A stretch of 64,000 nt of DNA, taken from the human T2T-CHM13v2.0 reference genome, Homo sapiens. The stretch is taken from the NCBI RefSeq assembly GCF_009914755.1, contig NC_060937.1. The stretch is one strand, 5' to 3'. Both the position numbers and the translations under genes were made by a program. Numbering within the stretch: position 1 is the stretch's first letter; each line of letters begins with the position of its first letter. Shown here piece by piece: positions 53,856-64,000 of this stretch. The notes beneath the pieces were generated by a model. It was not told the origin of the DNA and ran no database searches. It saw only the letters and a list, made by a program, of their open reading frames with translations.

Positions 53856-56800
53856 ATATAGGACTAGGATGGGGCAACCTGAGAGCCCAGGCCTGTCTGT
53901 CTAACATCACCCACCCCTTCCACCAGCACTAAGAACAGGCAGCTCTGAGAACCACCTGAGTCGTTACCATCTGGGACGAGTGCGCAGATTGAGCCCAGCG
54001 TTTTGCCTATGTAAGTACTGAAAGGCCAAAGTGAGAGCTCCAATTCTGGAGAAATCCTTCAGATAGACCTAAAACAAATAGCTTAAGAGGACGATGGAGG
54101 GTAGTGGTTTTCAAGCTGTGGTTCATAAGGCCCAAGGATCACTAAAAACGGAGGAAGAGGCAGAGGACAGATTGGAAAGGCTGGGCTCAGTGCCCCACCC
54201 AACTTAACCAGTGACTCCATTTTTATCTCTTTCAACTACTGGGCTTCTAGAGCAGTACAATATGGAGAAAGCATTCTGTGCCAAAACAAAGGACTCCTGG
54301 GGAGAGGTTCCTTCACAGGTCAGGGAGGCCTCTGTGCAGAGATATGGGGTGGTGGGAGAGTGTGGAATACAGGCTCAGAGACCCCATTCCCTGCCTCCAC
54401 CTGAGCTCAGAGTAGCCATGACCCTCAGACACATCATCTGCAAAGTGAGGACAGCACAGGTCTTTGCAGGGATTTAGTGAAATTGGGAACACAACCACAC
54501 CTAGCCCATATTGGGTATTTATACACATTAGTTGAATATGATCTAAATATATCTGCCAGACTGATAAACTGCCATATTGAGAAGCTTGCAATATATTATT
54601 TTTCAGGAAATTTGGAAAACTATATAGTCTTTCTGCATATTTGTGCATGTTAATTTACATACATTACCATGTGGCTTTCCCATGACCTAATTCTAAGCCT
54701 ACAAAGAAACGAATCTATGGTAAGTGAGTTCCAGTGCAGCATTCAGAGTCACCGAGCCAGGTGGGCAGTGGCATGCTTCAGCAACCAAGGGTCATCTCCT
54801 AACAAATCAGTCTCCTGAGTACCTTGCCAGAGGTGAGGAGACTGAGTGGCCAGTGTCCCAGATACTGAGAATGTTCGGTGGACCTCAGGATGAGATTCTT
54901 CCCAAATATGGATTTTTCTTTTCATTGGACTTTCAGACACATTTTGAAGTGCAACTCACAGTGACTTCATCTGCATAACATCAGGGCATAGAGCTCTCCT
55001 CTTCCAGCGGAGAAGTTCAGTGACATCATTTGTGGAGATTGATTCACCACGGCATATCAAAGAGAAAAGATGGGTGGCGAGAGCCCTGGTTTGTTTCGTT
55101 TTGATGTTTGTTGTGAGCAGAAAGAGACGGGGTGAGGGTGCTGCATGAGGGCGTTCGGGTCCCCAGGAGGGCAGTGCAGCCCATGTCCTGGAGGGCAAAT
55201 TTGTCTTTTGCTGAAACACAGCTGAGCTCAGCTGGGACAAACAATACCCCTTAATGTGTCTGAGATTCTTTCCCCTGTTAGCTCTCTGGCAGAGGCAGCC
55301 ACACAAATGGGGCTTTCTGGATTTTTCGCTGGCCTCCGGCTTCCAGGAGAGCCATTCTCCACCCCCGGCGTAGTGGGTTGTAACTTCTGCCAGATGAAAC
55401 TGACATTGCTTCCCAGCTCACCGGAACAAAATCTGGCTCTTGGCCCAGATGAACCGTCACTTTCCACTGACCATTATAAAAACAGGAATGGCATATTTGC
55501 CTGGAGCCTGTCAGTGCTGAGTTTTGACTAAAGGAATTTATTTTATCCTCTGTTGTCATGGAGCTGTGGAAATAGGAGCCTTCACATGGGGCATGCACAG
55601 GTGAAACCATAAAGGCAGGCAGTGGTTTGAACTGATGGCTCCTCTGACATTCAAATTCAGGCTCAGGAGGGCTCCTGCTTCTAACTCAGTCTCCATAGAA
55701 ATCACGCCCCACAGACGGGCTTGGACGTGTCAAACCTCACCAATGTGCTCACCAGCCTGAAGTGCTCACCCCTCTGCCATAAACCTTTCTTTTCCCTTTT
55801 TCTCATCCCTCACCCTCATTTCCTTCAGACACACTCCATTGCATTTGACTGATTTTGGTGAAGAAATTGTTAATGAGGTCTCAGATTCCAAAGGGCTGTG
55901 GCTCCCTGATACTAAAGGAACCCCCATATCTCTCTAACCTTTTCTCAAACCAGGGACAAAATGAGAATTCCAAGCTCCTCTCTGGATCCTTGGACAATTG
56001 AAATAGTTTACAAAATATATTCCTAGGAGCCGGTGGTGGTAGCAGAGTTCTCTGTCTTGGGAAAGGAGGGTACAACTTGTCACCCCTTGGGGACTGTTCT
56101 CTTATTCTCAAAGGGCAATAATGTCACAGTGTACAAGGAGAAAAGTGGCAGCGGTTCTCCCATGCTCAGGTCCAGAACTGATCAGGGAACCGGAGGATGG
56201 TGAAAGCATGAACCTCACGGTCTAAATGAAGCCAGGAATGCCCACTAGGGATTAGCAGGGGAACAGTCAGTGGGAGAGCAGAGGTGCCTGCGTCCATCAT
56301 AGGTAGACACTCTGACAGGAGAAGTGCTCACAGAATGCAGGATCTTTGACTCCCCATGGCCCAACCGAATTTAGAGATGCTTTGTTCTTGTCACCTATGG
56401 GATGTCATGGGGCAAATTTGGAAGCAGGATGGGCCCGTCCTGCATCACGCTGGTGTTAATGTTGTGATGCGGCTGCTCCTGATGCTGTAGGTGACATAAG
56501 GAAGAAACGCACTGCTGAGCTCAAAGTTGCTGATCATTTCCCAAGGCAGACAGCTTGTCCAACCTGGGAGGATGGGGAGAGGGCAGGAAACGCTGAGGCT
56601 GCTTGTGTTGCTGTTCTTGCCATCCACGCTCATCTCGGGTTCTCTGCTCCAGTCTTCACCCTGCAGTCCGCCCTCCCTCAGAGGAGTTGTTTGATCCTTT
56701 GGACGCCCACCTCCTAGACATTCAACTGCATCTTAGCACCCTAAGTTCAAGGCCACTCTCTGTTCCCATGTTATCATTCAGCACTATTCCACCCAGACGG

Positions 56801-58169
56801 TACCTCCAGGTCCCATCCTCACACTGACCCCGTCCTTCCAGCCTCTTCACTGTCTTACTGCCCAAGCTCTTCCTCTTCCATCTCATCTCAGTGTGTGTCC
56901 CTGGACCCACCATTCTCTCTGTCATCAGCTGCCTTCTGGTTTCAGTTCCTTCTCGGTCAGCCTGGAGTCCATCACCACCACAGGTTTCATCTGCCGACTC
57001 CCCGGACTCTCTCATCCTCCCATTGCACCTGGCCCAAAGAAGCCTAGCGTTAAAACACCCCCGCCACATGCCCTCCTCCAGGCTCCAGGTCCTGCTGGAG
57101 AACATCATGCCCTGTGCATGCTGGTGCCATCACCTGGCTGGGCCACTGATGCAGCCAGATAAGTGTCACATACCTCCTCAGCCAGATCGCTGCTCCACCC
57201 ACCTCCAAATGCTCAGCCCTGTTGCCTGTGCACCCAAACTCTCCACTCCAAGGGCTTTCTCTTCATTTTTAGCAGTCAATTTTGCTTCCTATTTCACTGA
57301 GAAAATGAAGGTCACAAGACAAGGACTCTCCAAGCAGTCCTTCCCCACCCCCTCCCAGGGAGTCTTACAAATCTACCTCCATCTGCACCCACCTTGTAGC
57401 TACCTCTCCTGGCCCAGCCAGGTAGGCATGCTCTTCTGTCACTAAAGTCCATCTTTCCACCTGTGATGTGGAGCCCACCCTTAGTGCATCCTCAAAGATT
57501 CTGCTCAGTTACACGCTCCCATCCTGTTTTCTGAGTTGAACCATCTCTGTCCCTAAACACTCTTTCCTCTAAACTACATAAACACTCTTGTCTTTTTTGT
57601 CTTTTAGAAAAACCAAACCACCCCAATCCCAAATCCCCATCCAGCTACATCCGCCATTGAATATGTTTCTTCTCAACACACTGCTAGCCACTCTCCTGAA
57701 ATTTCTTCCCTTCTCACTTGGAGGATTAGAAGACTTCTTAACTAGCACCAGTGGAATTCCCTCCAATCAGAGGTGGTTTTCTAAAATGCAAATCTAGTGT
57801 TGTCATTCTTTCTCAACATTTCAGAGGCTTTCATTTCTCAAATCCTTCACTGAGCTCTTAAGGCCCTTCAGAATTGGACTTCTATCAGCCTTTGTGGCTT
57901 ACCTCTTGAACTTCACAAATACCCTTCTCTCCTGCCCACAAAGCAGGCTGCACTCTCTGAATGGAGATGCAGTTTCCTGTTCTTCACCCACATGATTCTG
58001 CCTAGATGTCCTTCCATCCTTCTCATTATACAGATAATTCCCACTCATCCATCAAAACGAAGCTTTCTACTTCTGCCTCTGGAAAGCCTTCCTTGACATA
58101 TTCAGTTTGATTTCCATGTTTCTCTTTGCTGTTTTCATAGCCTTCATTTTTACATCTATCATAATAACT

Positions 58170-58800
58170 GACAATATGTGCAGACGGTGTTCTAAGTGAT
58201 TCTGTCTATAAGCTTGTTTCCACCTCATAAGAATGATTTTCAAGTCACAATAACCTTTTTACTATTATCTCCACTTTTATAACAACTGCTATAGTTTGGA
58301 TGTTTGGCCCCTCCAAACCTCGTGTTGAAATTTGATTCCCAGTGTGGGAGGTGGGGCCTAATGGGAGGTGTTCGGGTCACGGGGACGGGTCTCTCGTGAA
58401 TGTCTTGGTGCTGTCCTTGCAGCAATGAGTGAGTCCTTGTGCTGTTAGCTCCCACAAGAACTGATTGTTGAAAAGGGCCTATCTCCTCTCTCTCTTGCTT
58501 CCTCTCTCTCCGTGTGATCTCCATGTGCTGGCTCCCCTTTACTGTCCATCACAAGTGGAAGCAGCCTGAAGCCCTTGCCAGAAGCAGATGCTGGCACCAT
58601 GCTTCTTGTGCAGCCTGCAAAACCATGAGCCAAATAAACCTCTTTCCTTTATACATTACCTGGTCTCAGGTACTCCTTTATAGCAACGCAAAATGTACTA
58701 AGACAATCAGGAAACTGAGATTAAGTAAATTCTCCTAGGTCGCACAAATAATAATAGTTGAACTGGGATTTGAACCCAGGCAATCTCTTAATCCTAATAC
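58170..58800 (-). mobile_element. MIR split by the MSTB insertion
   Basis: tattatctccactttta | LTR | aggaaactgaga...gggatttgaacccaggc. Confidence 0.75.
58287..58705 (+). mobile_element. MSTB-like MaLR solo LTR
   Basis: tgctatagtttggatgtttggcccctccaaacctc...gccaaataaacctcttt...actaagaca. Confidence 0.9.
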
Positions 58801-59919
58801 TATAGCACATATTAAAATATACTTTAATCAGTGGCATAGTTACCTAGCTCCTTCTTTATACTGTGAGCTCTTTTGAAGGCCAAAGTCAAGTTTTAATCAC
58901 CACCTGTCCCCCCAACTAGAAAAGTGCCTGACTCTCAATAGGTAGGTTTTGAATGAATGAGTGGGAAAATAATGGCACTCTTGAGTCTCAAGCTTCCAAA
59001 ATGCCTCATGTTGGAAGGCCCACTTTAAAGGCTGTCTCCAAATCACAATTATTGAATAGTCACGATGGTAGGAAATAAATTTGGATAGAGTTGTTTCTCT
59101 TCAATTTGATCCCATCCCTCTTTATCCCAGTTAGCCAAATTGCTGGTACTTGGTATTTCCAAATAAATGTCTAATGAGTGCTTTTACTCTTCAAATGTGA
59201 TTAAAAGGCCATTCTCCCTCTTCAGCCTCACAACCATCACCACCAAATTAAGAAGATAAAATGGGTGCAATCTAATGAAAAATTCAAGAGGAAGAGCAGT
59301 AGGTGAAAAATAATATAGCTGCCCCAAACCTGTAATTACTAAGGGAAGGTAGGATAAATGTCTCAACAGTGAGGTGGGACTGGTGGAAGAAGACTTCCAG
59401 AGTTGAGCTTCATGCCCATCAGTGGGAGGAGGGATGGACACTGACCCATGGAAGCCTTGATAGAAGAGGGGAAAGTAGCAGGAGGAAGGAAAAGAGAAGT
59501 GCAGAGCAAAGCATGTCAGGACAGGGAATGCATGGGCTAGACCACAGCAAATGCGCCAGATGATGAAGGGGAAGATTGGGAGCTGTGTGGAAGACCATGA
59601 GTCCAGGCCAAAGTACTCAATACTGTTGGCAATAGTGTTGGAGCTTACATGTCCTGAGATGATGGGAGAACCTTAGATGCCCATGAGTGGGCACTGGACC
59701 CAATGCTTGGTCATATCTTTGCTCCTGGCTTTTCTCCCCACCCTCCTTAGAAAGCTTATCATGAATTTCTGCCTCTGCCATTCTGCACCAAGCCTGCCTC
59801 TGGGCTGCATGGCTAGATGCTACCCAATCTGCCCCTGATTCTTCTAGAAGCCTTTGTTGTGCTGGACAAAATTTACATGGAGCAACCCTAGATTCCTAGG
59901 TGGAGGAGTGTTGGGATAT

Positions 59920-60274
59920 TGAATTAGTCCATTTTCACACAGCTGATAAAGACATACCCAAGACTGGGCAATTTACAAAAGAAACAGGTTTACTTGGACT
60001 TACAGTTTCACATGGCTGGGGAAGCCTCACAATCATGACAGAAGGCAAGGAGGAGCAAGTCACGTCTTACGTGGATGGCAGCAGACAAAGAGAGAGATTG
60101 GATGGGGAAACTCCCCCTTACAATACCATCAGATCTCATGAGACTTATTCACTATCATGAGAACAGCATGGGAAAGAACTGCCCCCAGGATTCAATTACC
60201 TCCCTCTGGGTCCCTCCCACAACACATGGGAATTCAAGATGAGATTTGGGTGGGGACCCAGCCAAACCATATAA
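59920..60274 (-). mobile_element. THE1B-like solo LTR
   Basis: gggcaatttacaaaagaaa, ggaggagcaagtcacgtcttac; TSD gatat/gatct. Confidence 0.92.
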
Positions 60275-60682
60275 GATCTCAAGGGTCTATGAGAACCACT
60301 AAACCAAGAAGATGTGGAGATGAGCCTTAGCTCATGCATTGGAGAAAGGTCATGGATTAAAAACTATTTGTTTTATTCCTAGGCCTTGAATAGGATTAGG
60401 TGACATGAAAGAGATACTTCAATCAGTGGGTCATTCATGAGAGTTCATAAGATTTTGTGAGTTTTATTAGCTAAACTCACTTGATGTGCATTGCCATTGA
60501 TTAATGGACCCTATTTGAATTCCACCTTTTTATAAAACCACATTCAAGAAAGGAAGAGGAAATGTGGATCCTGCATCAGAATGTGTCTTGAGTCTTCTGG
60601 AATACTGATCCACAGGCTGTGATAGACACAGGTCTGGCCTTGTTCTGAGCTCATCCCTGCTAATGAAAAGAGTATCTGATAT

Positions 60683-60832
60683 GGCCAGGCACCGTGGCTC
60701 ACACTTGTAATCCCAGCACTTTGGGAGGCTGAGGCAGGTGGATTGCTTGAGTCCAGGAGGCAGAGTTGCAGTGAGCTCTGATTGCACCACTACACTCCAG
60801 CCTGGACGACAGAGGGACACCCAGTCTCAAAG
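60683..60832 (+). mobile_element. Monomeric chimeric Alu (left-arm 5' fused to right-arm 3')
   Basis: About 150 bp; cagcactttggg (left arm) runs directly into ggaggcagagttgcagtgagc (right arm); TSD agagtat(c/g)tgatat. Confidence 0.85.
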
Positions 60833-61554
60833 GAGAGTATGTGATATGGACTTAATAAATTTCCCCAAATTAACTAAAAGAAATCAAGACCAACCCTTGT
60901 TGTGTCTAAACCCAAGGAGGATAGTGATTCTACAGGAATCTGGACAGATATGAAACCTAGGATGTCGGACTCAGACAGGCTACGCCTCGTAGAGATTCTC
61001 CTAAGACCTCTGGGGGCGGGAATTTCAGCCTCTGTGGTCTCTGTCCACCCACCAAGGGTGCCAGGCAGGAGAAATTTTGCTTGGTGTGTAGTTCCAAGGA
61101 CAGTGGCAATGTGCTCCCTAACTTTGTGAAGACAAAATGTCAACTTTCTGCAGTAGAACAAAAAAGATGTGAGAAATTAATTTTCTTGCTCAGTTTTAGT
61201 TCCTTGATGATGAATACAAAGATGATGGTGACTTTTGGAAGAATTCAGAAGGTTTCAATATTCTCTTACTGGGATATTAATTTCAATCATGAAAAACAGC
61301 TCTGGAACTAAAAACCACTATTTTAGGTGGAGTGCTTTTCTTTCTTAACTGCTGGCTTTTCAATTGCAAGCCTACAGAAAAACGGAAAGAATAGCTGGAT
61401 AGACACCTGGATACCTTTCACCTCATTTTGCCAATTTTTAATATTTTGTGATGAGCTGGGTTTTAGTGTATGTGTTCTTGATAGTACTGGCAATTTTGGT
61501 GTTCATTTCTAATCCAGTTATTTTAAAAACAAGTGTTGATTGGGTACACAGAGG

Positions 61555-61675
61555 GGCCACACACTGATCCAAGCATGGAGATACAGTGAAGATGACACAC
61601 AAAATCTCAGTCTTTGTGGAGCTCGTGTCATCTAGTGGGAAAGACAGAAAATAAATAAACAAATACGGCATAAAT
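61555..61675 (-). mobile_element. L2 fragment
   Basis: ggagatacagtgaagatgacac...tggagctc...tctagtgggaaagacaga. Confidence 0.65.
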
Positions 61676-61680
61676 GCAAT

Positions 61681-61855
61681 ATTACATGAGGTAGTGCGAA
61701 GATTTACTGATTCAGTTTTAAGTGCCTGTAAGCCAATAATTTAGCCAAACTATGAAACTTGACCTCATTACTCAGGTAGTGCAAAGATTAGCTGATTCAG
61801 TTTTAAGTGCCTGTAAGTGAATATCTTAGCCAAACTATGAAACTTGACCTCATTA
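61681..61855. repeat. About 85-bp diverged tandem duplication
   Basis: Units 61681-61766 and 61767-61851 share ctgattcagttttaagtgcctgtaag and ttagccaaactatgaaacttgacctc. Confidence 0.95.
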
Positions 61856-62103
61856 TTCAAGGCGTCTGTAAGGCCGCCTTTGGAAACCTGTCCAATGGCC
61901 ATTGGAGAGCACTAACTCCTGAGCAGCATGCCTCAGCCAGCAAATCCTGGCCTTGTGTCTATGAACACCTCATTCTAGCTTGCATAAAAAGGCAAAAGGC
62001 AAAGCAGTAGGCTGGTGGCTGGAACAGGACTTGAGGGACTCTAGATGCTCAACACTGGGTCATGCCTAAATGCAACAGGAGGGAAAGCTATGGGAGGATG
62101 AAG

Positions 62104-62530
62104 AGGGTAGCATTCAGTTTCACTCTAAGCTGCCTCCATACATAGCTTTAGGCCAAGCAACCTAAAGGCTTCTAGTACATGATGAACGGTAACCTCACTG
62201 GATGAGTAAACAGCCTGCATCCTACTCTTGTAACAAGTAGCCAAGTCTCAATCAATCACAGCAGATGAGCTTGGTCCAAGCACAGGTGACCAACTGTTTA
62301 AAGCTGTTCAAATAAGGCAAACACCCAGCTGTGACCAATCCAGCTGTTTCTGTACCTCAGTTCCTATTTCTATACACTCCTTTTCCTACCCATAAATGTT
62401 ATCCAGCCATGTGGCTGCCCTGCAGTCTCTCTCAACCTCTTCTGGTTCTAGAGGATGCCCAATTCATGAATGGTCCTTTGTCCAATTAAACTCTGTTACA
62501 TTTAATTTGTCTAAAGCTTTTCTTTTAACA
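62104..62530 (+). mobile_element. MER57(B)-like ERV1 solo LTR
   Basis: gttcaaataaggcaaacacccagctgtgaccaatccagctgtttctgtacctc; 3' end ttttcttttaaca. Confidence 0.85.
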
Positions 62531-62996
62531 GAAGCAATCAGGACTCTGGGTCCCTGGGAAAGTGAAATGATTAGGAATCAGGTAGGAAAACCAGGCTTGA
62601 TGGGAGAAAATCCACATCATTTCTCCAGGAGAAAGGAGGAAAGCCTGGGGGTGTGGGGCTGGGTTATATTCCTGGATCTGGGGAGGAAAGCTTGAGTGTT
62701 CCCAGCTGTTAACTCCATGAAGCAGGAGGTGAGACCATCAGCTGAGAGTGAGAAAGGGGGAAAGGGCTGGGGAGAGGGGTGGAAAGAGACTGAACTGAGT
62801 ATTCATTGTGAAGAACTGAAAGTGAGCTGGCAGGGATTGTGGCTGCTGTTTCCAGGAACGCTTTTTTGACTGAATCTGCATGTGTCATTTTGGAGACTCC
62901 AACCTGTACTTGAGTTGAAAATAGAAAAAGCCCCATCACCCCTACTCCCACCTCCTTCCAGCCTTTGTCAGAAGTTGAAGCGAAATGGGTTTCCGC

Positions 62997-63528
<532 letters not shown>

Positions 63529-64000
63529 TCAGAAACAAACAGAAGTGATTTTGCAGTTCTGGCCTGCCTTTCTGAGCTGTCTTTTGGGTGCAGAGGGTGC
63601 CCTGGCAGGGAGGGAACAGGGTTAGGTGGCTGAGCTTGTCAGGCTGGTCAGACTGATTCCCTGGTGTGGGACAGGGAATGAACGTAGAGTCCTGAGTGGG
63701 GCAGAGACCGGCTTCTGCTTCCGTATGGAACCATGGGGCCCCTGGAGCCTTCTGCCCTGCAGAAGAGAAAGTTGTAGCTTATTAGAAAGGGAAAGACTTG
63801 AATGAATTTTGAGTACAGCTTGTGCAAATGCTTAATTAGAGTAAGCTTTTAAAATTCATCTTGTGGCTCATTGACTCAAAGGTGTGAGAAAGGCTATATT
63901 TATCACTCCTCCAGACCCAGCTAGATCATTAAGAAGAAAATGAAAGGTTCTAAATTTTAACAACCTTTCCTTCAGCAAAGACTCTGTAGATGGAACATTG

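Larger units (their letters stand above)
56600..58965 (+). mobile_element. Degraded L2 body and 3' end interrupted by MIR and MSTB
   Basis: tttgcttcctatttcactgagaaaat; tttctaaaatgcaaatctag; tctggaaagccttccttgac; agtgcctgactctcaatagg..ttttgaatgaatga. Confidence 0.6.

Noticed and set aside
56891-57445. 184-aa ORF
   Set aside because: Within a degraded L2 body; S/P/L compositional bias and no domain
61687-61695. TGAGGTAGT resembling the let-7 5' end
   Set aside because: Only 9 nt match, no pre-miRNA hairpin, and not preserved in the second repeat unit
61681-61855. Direct repeats as a CRISPR-like array
   Set aside because: Two abutting diverged units, no unique spacers, human context

Overview
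Human genomic DNA: a consensus-identical AluYb8, a human-specific subfamily, lies at 6347-6663. The window is repeat-dense and non-coding (intergenic or deep intronic). I find no credible protein-coding exon, RNA gene, pseudogene or CRISPR array. The supplied ORFs are Alu/L1/LTR-derived or chance frames. Content: about 17 Alus (J, S, Y, Yb8), several L1 fragments (L1M, L1MB, L1PB, L1PA4-like), many MIR/L2 remnants, about 18 solo LTRs (THE1/MST/MLT1 MaLRs, MER4E, MER4A1, LTR8/8A, MER57, LTR33, a MER54/LTR47-like LTR) and DNA-transposon fossils (Tigger3, MER3, MER5, MER94). The best unique-sequence signal is a CpG-retaining block at about 46.6-47.4 kb with a strong CTCF motif and two TACGTG hypoxia-response cores. 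Other points of interest are mutational scars: a perfect 18-bp hairpin at an apparent L1 deletion junction, short tandem duplications, a local templated copy and rearranged Alus. I cannot support a novel biological system here. Repeat subfamily calls come from remembered consensus sequences and need RepeatMasker/Dfam confirmation. Boundaries without a stated target-site duplication (TSD) are approximate.
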